From positions 1 through 64,000 of IMG/VR virus record IMGVR_UViG_3300044713_000232: a stretch of DNA of 64,000 bases. The stretch is one strand, 5' to 3'. The notes under the pieces were generated by a model that saw only the letters and a program-made list of their open reading frames with translations, was not told where the DNA came from and ran no database searches. This document shows, in pieces, positions 29,253 through 38,668 of the stretch. The stretch is from a virus. A program made the translations under genes and the position numbers. How positions within the stretch are numbered: position 1 is the stretch's first letter; each line of letters begins with the position of its first letter.

Positions 29253-30989
29253 TTACTGCGCTTGCCCATACCTTCGACAGCGGCTCGTCACGATGCTCAA
29301 GCCGTAGATGGCGGCGGCGGCGACGGCGACGACAGCGACGCCTTTCACGATGGAGGTCACCGCATCTGCCGTGGTAGGCGGGGGCACGTAGTTGGGGTTG
29401 CGCTGGTCATCGCTGCGCAGCGGGGGCAAGTCGGGGGCCTGATTGCCGCCGGTGCTCTTGCAGTGTTGATCCACCAGAGCGCGCCACTTCTTGTAGATGT
29501 TCTCGAAGTCGTAGCCGCGCTGAATCTCGGCGTCGGCATCGCAGAGCGGTATGTCGGCGTTGTACCAGTTCATGAACGCGATGCGGTCTGCGATGTAGTC
29601 GTACTTCTGCGTCAGCGTGAAGCCGTCGGGGGCACCGTTCGGGAACGCCGCCGTCGCCGCACAGACGCTCCTGCCATCCTTGCAGAGCGCGCAGTTGTCG
29701 ACGTCGTCGGTGAGCTGGTCCCAGCCCACCAGGAGGCGGGTCTTCTGACCGACGAGCACATCGATGTTGCAGCTGATGCCGGGGATGTGCACAGCACCGG
29801 CGCCTGTAGCGCCGACGCCGGCAGGCAAGGCGCACGCGAGCTGCACCTTCAGATCCCACAGCTGTCGGGCGCGCGCGTAGTCTTTCAAGCGGCTGTAATC
29901 CGCGGGCGTAAGCGCCTGTGCGCTGAAGGCTTGCCAGTCAGCCATCGCGCTGGCGAAACCGGCGGCGTCGCTGGCGGATAGATTGGTGCACGCCTGCACC
30001 GCCGCCGCACTCTGCTTCCACGCGCTGTCGACCTGGGCTTTCAGCCCATCGACAGAAGCCTGGTCAGGCGTCTGCCCGATGCCAGCGCGGCACCAGCCGG
30101 TGCCGGTGTTGTACTCGATGCCGTGCATGCCGGAGCGGAACCACGTGCCGCTACGGAAGATGGTGCTGCCTGCCTGCGGGCGCCCGGTGTCGACGGCGGT
30201 GTCGTCGCCTGGCGCGGGGCGCGACATCGAGCCGCCACTGTTGTCGCCAGGCGCCGGGCGCGAGACGTAACCGCTGCCGCCTTGCTTGAAGCCGCCGCTC
30301 GGTGAAGCTCCCATCGTAATCAACTGCGCTCCTGAAATGCCGACGGGGCCCACGGGGGCCGTGTCGAGCGGGTTGTAGAAGGTCTGCCCCGGGACGTTCG
30401 GGGGACACCCCATGCTCCCCAGAGGCCCGACGCGGTAGGTATTGTTGGCGCCGTCGACGCCCAGCTTGTTGCCGCCTTCGTCGATGGCGATCAGCAGCAC
30501 ATGTGCCTGCTCCTTGAAGGGCTGCACACAGATCATCACCGGAATCGCGAAGGATAGGATCATCGCGCCGAGTGCCGCGGTGGCATCATCGCAATCGCCA
30601 CGTCGAAGGCACAGACCCGCTTTGCCGCGGAGGCACATCGTCGCGGATGCCGACTGTACCTGCTCCGTCTTAGCGGGGTCGGAGGCGTACATGACGAGGC
30701 GTCTGTATTCGTCGAGGCACGCCTGGCACGTCTGCGCGACGGAGGGGCGTCTTGCTCGACCGTCGAAGCCGGCGGCGCGCAACGCCTCCGCGGCGATGCC
30801 CTGCACGTCGGGGTCGTTCTGCCCTTCGCGAATCTTCTGCGCGACGGCGTCCACGCTCGCCCCGGCACCGACTGAGCCGTCGGCGTAGGGGACGACGTTG
30901 ATACGCGCACCTTCGGCTTGAGCCCTCGGGATGCCGGGGGTGAAAGACTGACTGAGCCCTAGGCCGATGCCGCGAATGCCGTTACGCAC
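29253..30989 (-). CDS. Transglutaminase-like cysteine protease with C-terminal TM (putative maturation protease)
   Basis: GDCDD (Cys 30591-30593), AHV (His 30501-30503), GVD (Asp 30453-30455) form the TGase/papain-like triad. Confidence 0.75.
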   Translation of the reverse strand: MRNGIRGIGLGLSQSFTPGIPRAQAEGARINVVPYADGSVGAGASVDAVAQKIREGQNDPDVQGIAAEALRAAGFDGRARRPSVAQTCQACLDEYRRLVMYASDPAKTEQVQSASATMCLRGKAGLCLRRGDCDDATAALGAMILSFAIPVMICVQPFKEQAHVLLIAIDEGGNKLGVDGANNTYRVGPLGSMGCPPNVPGQTFYNPLDTAPVGPVGISGAQLITMGASPSGGFKQGGSGYVSRPAPGDNSGGSMSRPAPGDDTAVDTGRPQAGSTIFRSGTWFRSGMHGIEYNTGTGWCRAGIGQTPDQASVDGLKAQVDSAWKQSAAAVQACTNLSASDAAGFASAMADWQAFSAQALTPADYSRLKDYARARQLWDLKVQLACALPAGVGATGAGAVHIPGISCNIDVLVGQKTRLLVGWDQLTDDVDNCALCKDGRSVCAATAAFPNGAPDGFTLTQKYDYIADRIAFMNWYNADIPLCDADAEIQRGYDFENIYKKWRALVDQHCKSTGGNQAPDLPPLRSDDQRNPNYVPPPTTADAVTSIVKGVAVVAVAAAAIYGLSIVTSRCRRYGQAQ

Positions 30990-31005
30990 GCGGCTAGTGT
31001 AGCAC

Positions 31006-31425
31006 CTAGCGCTTGCCCTTCAGCCTTCGCTCCAACAGAGCGCGCTGTACGGCTGCTTGAGCTTCGGCCCGCGCATCACCGCCGGCAGCGAGGCCGGTGC
31101 CCGGCACCCGGGGGAGCTCGCGTGCGAAAGTGACTTCGTCGACCTGCCAGCCGATATCGCGAAGCGTTTTCGCGGAGATGCCGACAAAGCCCACCTGGCC
31201 GTTGGGCAGCGCTTGCTGGAGGCAGAGAGCAGCCTGACCGCTGTGCCAGAACCAGATGGGGCTCACTTGTAGCGCCAGAAAGGCTTTCTCTTCCTCGGCT
31301 GTCAGCTCCTCGGGCAAGATAGGCTCCACGAGGCCCTCTGTCTTCACCATGTAGCCGAGCACGGTGTATCCGCGCATCCGCTTCTCGAGAGGCATCGCAA
31401 CGGGAGTCAGCCACATGCTACGCAT
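31006..31425 (-). CDS. Hypothetical protein
   Basis: TATAGT 6 nt upstream of ATG. Confidence 0.5.
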   Translation of the reverse strand: MRSMWLTPVAMPLEKRMRGYTVLGYMVKTEGLVEPILPEELTAEEEKAFLALQVSPIWFWHSGQAALCLQQALPNGQVGFVGISAKTLRDIGWQVDEVTFARELPRVPGTGLAAGGDARAEAQAAVQRALLERRLKGKR

Positions 31426-31472
31426 ACGGAGACTATAAGACAGCGCGGCGCAAGGCGCCAGTGCGTAAGACT

Positions 31473-32003
31473 CTACACGCCTGCGGTGAAAGCGGCGCGC
31501 GTCACGCCGAGAGCTGCGGCGGCGACAGCGGCGACAAGCATCTTCGTTGATGCCGGCACCAGCACAGAGACGCCAGCAGCGGCGGCGTCGTTGAACAGCT
31601 TCGAGGCGTCGGTGTCGAGCTGCGACAGCGCGGCTTGCGAAGCCGGGGGCTTCGTCGGCGTACCGTTGGGGGTCTCCACCATGTTGGCCGCATCGTTAGC
31701 GACGTCGTACGCGTCGTTGTAGACGCTCCACGCGGATGGAACGTTGACGCCGACGTCGGCGCGCAGGTTGTTCGCGGCGAGATTCAAGAGCTGCGTCTGC
31801 GTCTTGAGATCGGCCCAAGGGTCGACCTTGGGTTTCAAGTTGTTACCGCCGCCAGAGCCGCCACTAGAGCCGCCTGACGGCGAGCCGCCGCCACTTGCCG
31901 GAGGTGTCGAGGCGCTGACGGCGTGGGCTACCAGCGCGACGGCTCCCAGAGCCAGCGCCGCCATACCGCCGACAGCAATCAAGTCGCGCGTCGATTCGCG
32001 CAT
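31473..32003 (-). CDS. Membrane protein with N- and C-terminal hydrophobic helices
   Basis: TM, Gly/Ser linker, helical domain, TM. Confidence 0.55.
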   Translation of the reverse strand: MRESTRDLIAVGGMAALALGAVALVAHAVSASTPPASGGGSPSGGSSGGSGGGNNLKPKVDPWADLKTQTQLLNLAANNLRADVGVNVPSAWSVYNDAYDVANDAANMVETPNGTPTKPPASQAALSQLDTDASKLFNDAAAAGVSVLVPASTKMLVAAVAAAALGVTRAAFTAGV

Positions 32004-32010
32004 GCTGTCG

Positions 32011-32577
32011 CTATCGAACGTGGCGCTTCAGCGCCTTGTGCACCGGCGACTTCTTGTGGAAAAGGAGCCACCCGAGACCGCCGACAGCGACGACGCCACC
32101 GCCGACGGCAGTAGCCTTCTGCCATGTGGCCGCGGTGTCCCACCACAACTTGAGGCCCGTCTCCGGAGGGCACCCGTTGGCGGGACGGCTGCCGTCGGTG
32201 CAGATGGGCGTGCACTGCCCAGTGACGAGATCCACCAGCGATCCCTGCGGACAGTTGCCATCGCTCAGGCCCGTGACGTTGGAGACACAGGGGCTCGTGA
32301 CGTCATTGGGGTTCTGAAGGCTGAAACCCTGCGGGCATCCGCCATTCGCCTGGCCGACGCCGATGGGCAACCCGACGGTGCGCACATGATGCCCGCCGGA
32401 GAGTACGGCGAGGTTGGTGCGCGCCGTCATCGCGGCCTGAAGGGGCGTCGTGACGCGCCTGTTGCGCGCCGTCTGCCCGACGCCCGTCGGCGCCCCAGCG
32501 TTGCCCGTCATGGCGATGGCCTTGGGGCCGTCTCCAGAGCACGGAAGACCTTTGTCGCAATCTGAACAACATCCCAT
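32011..32577 (-). CDS. Cys-rich tail-anchored virion membrane protein
   Basis: Two GVGQ motifs, CPQG repeats, C-terminal TM plus basic tail. Confidence 0.55.
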   Translation of the reverse strand: MGCCSDCDKGLPCSGDGPKAIAMTGNAGAPTGVGQTARNRRVTTPLQAAMTARTNLAVLSGGHHVRTVGLPIGVGQANGGCPQGFSLQNPNDVTSPCVSNVTGLSDGNCPQGSLVDLVTGQCTPICTDGSRPANGCPPETGLKLWWDTAATWQKATAVGGGVVAVGGLGWLLFHKKSPVHKALKRHVR

Positions 32578-32598
32578 GGTGTTGCAGTGAGAATACTC

Positions 32599-32769
32599 TT
32601 ACGCACCTGGCGGCGCAACCGGCGGCTTAGGAGGGCGCCGGCGGTTGTGGTACCTGAAGCGCGCGACGCCTATCTCTGTGAGCCCCGCCAGCAGTAGCAG
32701 CAAGCCGAAGGCGCAGAGCGCAATGACGCTCTTCCAGTCAGCGGGGATGTTGTCGAAAACGTCTGCCAT
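32599..32769 (-). CDS. Small membrane protein (56 aa, not in the ORF track)
   Basis: MADVFDNIPADWKSVIALCAFGLLLLAGLTEIGVARFRYHNRRRPPK...; TAGACT 6 nt upstream. Confidence 0.55.
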   Translation of the reverse strand: MADVFDNIPADWKSVIALCAFGLLLLLAGLTEIGVARFRYHNRRRPPKPPVAPPGA

Positions 32770-33109
32770 GTCGCGAGTCTACAGCAAGTAGGCACGCGTG
32801 TCGTTCCAGGCGCGAATCTGCCTGGTGCGCATCTCGGAAACGTCACGAGATTCGTCGTCTTTGGGCGGTCCGATGATGGTGTGGCCGATGAGATGGGCGC
32901 CCCACCACGGCCCGGCGATGGGAAAGGGCTTCAGGCACGAGACGCGCTGCTCGCTGAGAGCCTCGCCGCATGCTCCGGCCCAGGCCGCTTCGGTGCTTTT
33001 CGTGTCGGTGGCGTCGAACAGGAACAGCTTGTTGCTGCCGAACGCCTTGAAGTAGTTATTAGCGCGGCGCTTTTTGTTGGTAGAGGAGATGACGTGGAGG
33101 ATCATACCT

Positions 33110-34444
33110 CTATCGATGCAGCTTACGCATCTCGCGTTTCACGGCGCCGACGACTTTTCCGCCGGTCTTACCCCACGCCCACTCGACCGTCTTGCCGAAA
33201 GCCCAGCCTTTGGCGAGCGCGACAAGTCCGATACCACCGAGAACAGCGACACCGGTACCAGCTGCAACTTTCACCGCCGTGGCGCCGACTGTCGACTTCG
33301 CCGGGGCCCCGGGCAGCGTGACGTTGCTCGCCTGAGGCGGCGGGATCAACGGCCCCGTATTGACGACGAGGTTGCCGTTCTGGATCGGTACGAGACTGTC
33401 GCCTTTGATGTTGTTGACGACATCGGTGACGAGCATGTGCTCGTAGCCGACGGTGAAGTCGGAGCAGGCCGGGTCCACTGCGAGAGCCAGCGGCGACGGC
33501 GCCATCAGGAACGGGGTGCCCGGGGCGTGCGCCATGTTCCACAGTCGAATCGCGTGCGCGAGCACCTGCCAATCTGGTTGCGCCTTGAGCCCGTTGAGGG
33601 CGTACTCCTGATTCGCTTTCCACGCGCTGAAGAAGTGCCTGAGGAAGTCGCCGGCAAACGTGCCCGCAGGCGTCTGTAGCGAACACGAGATCGTATTGTA
33701 CGCAGGGAACGCGACGTCGATGAGGCGGTAACCGAAGCCGGGGATGCCGCCCGACCATTGGCCGTATCCGGGAATACCGCTCCATCCGTAGAGAGAGCTG
33801 TCGAACCAGTGTGCGTCGTTGGGGTTGTTCACCGAAGGGAACGACTTCCAATTCGCCGTACCCGGCCCCGCTGTTACGGGGTCCAGCCCGAACACAGCGA
33901 CGCAACCCACGGAGTAGTTCGGCGCCTGTGAGAAGGTGGTGCCGGGGCACCCGGGGATGCTGAACCCCGGGCTTCCGCCGCCGAGCAGCAGATCGCTGAT
34001 GATGCCGATGGCTCCGACGATGGCGGCACCAGCGCCAGCGCTGACGGCACCCGCCAACACTGCGACGCCGATCATCGTGCCGGTGAAGAGCTGCACCGCT
34101 TGTGGTGCCGAGACGCCGTTGTTGGCAGCTTGGATGAGTTGTGTCACCGTGCTGAACGCGCCCTGGATCGTGTGTCCGGCGATGGTGTACTGCTGCGCGG
34201 CGTTGAGGATGTCCGCTCCCTGCGCTTCGGGGGCCTGCGCCAGCTGCCCCACGGCGTTGGCGAAGTCGTTCTGCGCCAGCTGGTACGCGAAAGAGCCCGG
34301 AGCGTTGCCCTCGGCCTGTAGCTGTGCCCCGACCGGGCCCCAGCTCGCCAGAAAGGCTGCGTTGTTCGTGAAGTTGCCGAAGGAGCCTCCCTGACCGACG
34401 CCGCGACGCAGGTGGGGCATAAGGTACAGCTCTCTCGCGTGCAT
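33110..34444 (-). CDS. Putative virion membrane/entry protein
   Basis: Leader ending RRGVGQ, internal hydrophobic hairpin, C-terminal TM plus basic tail. Confidence 0.55.
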   Translation of the reverse strand: MHARELYLMPHLRRGVGQGGSFGNFTNNAAFLASWGPVGAQLQAEGNAPGSFAYQLAQNDFANAVGQLAQAPEAQGADILNAAQQYTIAGHTIQGAFSTVTQLIQAANNGVSAPQAVQLFTGTMIGVAVLAGAVSAGAGAAIVGAIGIISDLLLGGGSPGFSIPGCPGTTFSQAPNYSVGCVAVFGLDPVTAGPGTANWKSFPSVNNPNDAHWFDSSLYGWSGIPGYGQWSGGIPGFGYRLIDVAFPAYNTISCSLQTPAGTFAGDFLRHFFSAWKANQEYALNGLKAQPDWQVLAHAIRLWNMAHAPGTPFLMAPSPLALAVDPACSDFTVGYEHMLVTDVVNNIKGDSLVPIQNGNLVVNTGPLIPPPQASNVTLPGAPAKSTVGATAVKVAAGTGVAVLGGIGLVALAKGWAFGKTVEWAWGKTGGKVVGAVKREMRKLHR

Positions 34445-34488
34445 CCCGTGTAGCTTACGCTCAGGTGTCGATGTAAGCTAACGCCAGG

Positions 34489-35460
34489 ATGAAAGCCTCT
34501 ACTAAGGTGCTCCTGGGTGTCGGCGTCGCCGCCGCGCTAGGGCTCGGATTCGTCTTGATGAGCGGCAAAGCCACCGGCGGCGGTTCGCCGGGCAGCGGCG
34601 GTAACGCGGGGCTGCCCGCCAACATCCCGCTCATCGTGGGGCAGCACTACAAGCTCGTCCTCCCCGATATGCCCTCGCAGGGGCAGTCGTGGGTCATGAC
34701 GACTTCGGCACCCGGAATCGTCAGCGTCGTCGACGTCGGCTATGCCGGCGGCGCACCGACGTCAGGGCCGGGGCTACACGCGTTCACGCTGACCGGTATC
34801 TCGGCGGGCACCGCGACCATCACGGCGACGTTGATGAACAGCTCCAACGGCAAGCCTGTCTCGGGCGTATCGCCACTGACCGCTTCGGTGTCTGTCGTCG
34901 CCGGCATCGGCACCGGCACGCCGCCAGGCGGTGGCGGCAAGGGGGGTGTTGCTACCATCGGCGGTGTGACTGCACCCGCGCAGAAGGGCGGCATGACTGC
35001 CACCGGCGGCTTGAAGACGAAGGGCGGGGTCAACACTGGCGGCATCATCAACCAGCCTCCGCCTCCTCCACCGCCACCTCCCCCGCCGCCTCCGGCGAAG
35101 ACGATCACGCTCACGTGGCCCGCCTCGTTGAATCAGGCGCTCTCCAACGGACCGCAGCTCTCGAGCAGCCCTGTGTATCTCAACGCCGGTGATACACTCG
35201 TCGTCGACATCACCGGGGATACGACGTCGCTACCGACGTGCAACCAGTGGGCTGGCTGCGGCGTGTGGGGTGTCACGGGTACACCCCCGACGCTCGTATG
35301 GGTTCCCCAGGGGCTCGCGACGTCGTCAGCCTACGCGCTGACGTACATCGGGGCCGTCGTCTTCAACGCGGTGCAGACTGGTACCGGTACGCTGGTACTC
35401 ACGAAGACGTTCCAGAACGGCGCCGTCGTGACGTGGAGCATTCCGGTTTCTGTCTCTTAG
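34489..35460 (+). CDS. Membrane-anchored protein with two chagasin (I42 protease inhibitor)-like Ig domains and a 13-Pro linker
   Basis: LIVGQHYKLVLPDMPSQGQSW...GPGLHAFTLTGISAGTATI resembles the chagasin pattern (L..NPTTGY.W...G.G...F.F.A...G...I); the second domain is weaker. Confidence 0.5.
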   Translation: MKASTKVLLGVGVAAALGLGFVLMSGKATGGGSPGSGGNAGLPANIPLIVGQHYKLVLPDMPSQGQSWVMTTSAPGIVSVVDVGYAGGAPTSGPGLHAFTLTGISAGTATITATLMNSSNGKPVSGVSPLTASVSVVAGIGTGTPPGGGGKGGVATIGGVTAPAQKGGMTATGGLKTKGGVNTGGIINQPPPPPPPPPPPPPAKTITLTWPASLNQALSNGPQLSSSPVYLNAGDTLVVDITGDTTSLPTCNQWAGCGVWGVTGTPPTLVWVPQGLATSSAYALTYIGAVVFNAVQTGTGTLVLTKTFQNGAVVTWSIPVSVS

Positions 35461-35730
35461 ACGCGCCATTGGTGACGGCAGCGGCAGCCATGCCGGCAGC
35501 GATGCCGTCGGCGATATCATTGTTCTGCACTTCCTCGAGCTTGTCGGCGAGTGCGCGTAGCGCCACGGGGATGTCGTGGGGATTGATGTCGACCTTCGGC
35601 AGCGGGCCGCAGTATGAGAGCGCGACGTTGCCGCCGGCTCCCGAGCTGAAACCGAGCTTGAAGTCGACGATGACAGGCGGTGTGTTCATAATGCCGTAAC
35701 GTTTGCCGCGCTTGATTCGCTTCTTCGTCA

Positions 35731-37188
35731 TCACAGACCTCCACCTTCGTTGTTGCCTTCCGGTTCCTGAGGCGGCGCACTAGCGCCGACGCCAGCGTCG
35801 ACTGCACCGCGGGGAATCTCTCGCACCACCTGCGCCGGCTGTTGCGGCGCTTCGCCCAGACCGGCCTTCTGATTCCCTAAACGCCCGAGTATCTCCAGAG
35901 CGCGGCTTCCAAGCTCGATAGCCTTCTCGGCAAGCCCGGGGTTTGCCATGAGGAAGCCCTCGCGCGAGAAGCCGCCGGTCTCCTTGTCGACGGCGTACTT
36001 TGCAGGGTGCCCGAGGAAGTTGGTCTCAGGAATCGGAATCACCTCGAAGGGCAACGAGTCCTCGGGCTTCGGGGGCGTCACGACAGGCTCCGCCACGAGA
36101 GTTTCGGGTGGAGGCTCCCGAGGGCCGACATCACCATCGTCGTAGACGTCGTTGAGCTCCTTGGCGAGACTGCGCAGCTCTCTTCCGAGGCCGACGACGG
36201 TTTTGAAAGCGCTAACGCCAGCGTGCAGCTCCGAGGCTACGTTCGTCGACGTCTGGGGCGGCGTGGCTCCGACGCCGACCTTCACGACGCCGAGGCGCTG
36301 AAGTAGCGCCACCATGCGCTCCTCGAAGTCTTGCGGCGGCGCCGCAGGCACCGCGCCGAAGCCAGGCGCCACAGGAGGTGCAGCCGTCGGCATGGGGCCG
36401 CCCTTCGTCAACGCGGCAACGAGCTGCTGGAGCTGTCCGGAGAGGTAACCCACCTGGCCGCGCAGGTAGCCGACTTCGTCATTCGGAGCAGGCGTCGAAG
36501 GCGGCTGCGCGCCGAAGCCGTAGCTGGGCGCCGGGTACACGGGCGCCTGCTGTGCCTGACGCCGCGGGGGCGGCGGGGGCGGTTCCTCCGCAGCGAAGTC
36601 GTCTTCGTAGGGGCTCGGCACAGAGACGCCGCCGTAGGGCTTTTTGTTGCGCATCTGCTCGGCGGCGCGCCTAAGCCCGACGACTTCCTCGCTGGAGGGC
36701 ATATTGAGCCTTCCTCTGCCGATGATGCGCCCCGTGGTCTTCCACACGAAGCGCACCTCGTACTCTTCGGGGCCGCGCCCGGAAGGCACGTGGTAGTAGT
36801 CCTCGATGGCGCGGCGCAAAGCGTCGCCAGGCGATACGCCTTTGCCTCCGCAGATCATGGTGCCCTCGATAGCGCCAGGCAGCGTCGTCGCCTGCGGCGA
36901 GAAGCGAACTACCTGCACGTTGATGTCGTAGGGCGTCTTCGCCGGTTGCATGCGGGGGATGCGCTGGAGAATCTCCGGCCACATGAGCTCCGCCTCGCGG
37001 CTGTTCCAGCCCTCGCCCGGGGGCTTGTGCGTGCCGCCCTTATCGTTGCGGGACTTACGCTTCTTGCCGTTCGGCTTCGCCGCAGGTGCAGCGGCTTCCT
37101 GCTGCTGCGCCTCTTCCTCTGTCTCTTCCTCGCCTTCGGCGAGAGTTTCCTCGTCGAAGTTCTCGAGGCCGTCGTCTTCGGCCGGCAT
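35731..37188 (-). CDS. Acidic/Pro-rich protein of the morphogenesis block
   Basis: AAAGGA SD; five G[FVL]G[AE] motifs. Confidence 0.6.
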   Translation of the reverse strand: MPAEDDGLENFDEETLAEGEEETEEEAQQQEAAAPAAKPNGKKRKSRNDKGGTHKPPGEGWNSREAELMWPEILQRIPRMQPAKTPYDINVQVVRFSPQATTLPGAIEGTMICGGKGVSPGDALRRAIEDYYHVPSGRGPEEYEVRFVWKTTGRIIGRGRLNMPSSEEVVGLRRAAEQMRNKKPYGGVSVPSPYEDDFAAEEPPPPPPRRQAQQAPVYPAPSYGFGAQPPSTPAPNDEVGYLRGQVGYLSGQLQQLVAALTKGGPMPTAAPPVAPGFGAVPAAPPQDFEERMVALLQRLGVVKVGVGATPPQTSTNVASELHAGVSAFKTVVGLGRELRSLAKELNDVYDDGDVGPREPPPETLVAEPVVTPPKPEDSLPFEVIPIPETNFLGHPAKYAVDKETGGFSREGFLMANPGLAEKAIELGSRALEILGRLGNQKAGLGEAPQQPAQVVREIPRGAVDAGVGASAPPQEPEGNNEGGGL

Positions 37189-37199
37189 GTGGATTCCTT

Positions 37200-38003
37200 T
37201 CAGCTAAACGTCGGAGCTGGCGCAAAGACCTTGCAAGACAGCTGCGTCTCGAAGTAGTTGGTCAGCAGGTTGGCAAGGGGGCCTTGGAGATTGTTAGCGG
37301 CGGGATACCTGTAGAGGTACCCGGGCGTCGTCGACACGCTGGGGGCGTTGTCGTATCCAGAGCCGCCGTACAGCAAAGCCAGCGCGTTGATCTCCATGCT
37401 CGGCACAGCGAGAGCGCCGGCACCGCCAGTGGAGCCGACGATGAGGATGAGGGGCTGCGCCGTATATCCAGAGCCCTTCGAGACCACCGGCACCGTGGCG
37501 ATGGAGTTACCGGCGCCCGTGGTGGGCGTACCGAAGACAGCGGCGACTCCGCCGGGGCCGAGGCCGCCAACAGGCACCGCGGTCAGAGTGCCCGTGTACC
37601 CCAAACCGCCGTCGATGATGGTAACGGTATTGACATCCAGCGTACACGTGGCTTGTGCGGGGTGCAGCGGCACCGCATCGCCGGGCTGGGGCGTGAAGGT
37701 GATGGTGGGCGGTTCCGCCAAACCGTTGCCTTTGCTGATGAGCGTCAGACTGCCTACTGGCGCGCCGTGGCTACCGGGCAGCAAAGCTGCGCTGATGCTC
37801 GGCACTCCTGACTCGTAGCTGAAGGTCAGCGTACGCACGACGGGGCTCGTACCGCTCATGCTGTCACCGGTGAGCACGAGACCGATCTTGTTGAAGAGAT
37901 CCACCGGCAGCGGCACCGCAGCGAACGCGGCGCTCAACGTCGTCGACGACGCGGAGCCTGTGGGGATGATGTTGTAGCGCAGAGTTGCCGTCGTGAAAGC
38001 CAT
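37200..38003 (-). CDS. Virion surface protein with I...G.GY...P.V repeats
   Basis: Four repeats: SKGNGL, DGGLGY, SKGSGY, YGGSGY. Confidence 0.6.
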   Translation of the reverse strand: MAFTTATLRYNIIPTGSASSTTLSAAFAAVPLPVDLFNKIGLVLTGDSMSGTSPVVRTLTFSYESGVPSISAALLPGSHGAPVGSLTLISKGNGLAEPPTITFTPQPGDAVPLHPAQATCTLDVNTVTIIDGGLGYTGTLTAVPVGGLGPGGVAAVFGTPTTGAGNSIATVPVVSKGSGYTAQPLILIVGSTGGAGALAVPSMEINALALLYGGSGYDNAPSVSTTPGYLYRYPAANNLQGPLANLLTNYFETQLSCKVFAPAPTFS

Positions 38004-38602
38004 CAGGAGACTCCCTCTTCATCGCCGCCATCGTCTTCCACGTCGGCTTCGTCGTCGAGCTTCTGTGCGATCTGCTCGAGAGTCAGCGCGGCGCCGGTGG
38101 CGGCGTCGATGCCGCCATTCTTGGCGAGATTGCGCAGGTACTCCACGCACTCCTCGCGGCCCTCGGCGCGGCCGATGTCACGGGGGCTCATCTCCGACTC
38201 GAGCGCGTTGAGCTCATCGACGACACTTTCGCGGAACGTCGCGAGGCTCATCGTCTCGACGCCGTAGCTAGGGGCGTCCTTGCGGAGGATGTAGCAAACG
38301 TAGGGGCCCGGCTTCGCGGGGGCCCCGTAGGCGCGAACCTCCTCACTGGATTCAGAGTGGAACATCGCCATGATCGTGTACGCGGCGTTGACCGGGGCGG
38401 GCTTGCCCCACTCCCACGCCGTGTCGCCCCACTGAAAGCGCATCAGCTTCCTGAGATCGGCCATCTGCACATCGGCCTCTTGTTTGATCTCGTCGGCGAG
38501 CTCCTTGGGGGTGAGCGGCTTCGTAGGCACCGCCTGCGGTTGGTGGACGGAGGTATCTTGTGCGGCGGTGTCGAGCACCGCTGCCTCTGCGGGCTGCGTC
38601 AT
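38003..38602 (-). CDS. Hypothetical protein
   Basis: TACGCT 7 nt upstream of ATG. Confidence 0.55.
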   Translation of the reverse strand: MTQPAEAAVLDTAAQDTSVHQPQAVPTKPLTPKELADEIKQEADVQMADLRKLMRFQWGDTAWEWGKPAPVNAAYTIMAMFHSESSEEVRAYGAPAKPGPYVCYILRKDAPSYGVETMSLATFRESVVDELNALESEMSPRDIGRAEGREECVEYLRNLAKNGGIDAATGAALTLEQIAQKLDDEADVEDDGGDEEGVS

Positions 38603-38668
38603 GGGGAAGAGCGTAAAGCGCTATGCGCTTTAGCGCAAGTAGCGGCGCACTTTATTACGCGCGAAAGT

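Noticed and set aside
30204-30265. SRPAPGD tandem duplication in the TGase gene
   Set aside because: Two-copy low-complexity linker repeat with no sign of separate function.
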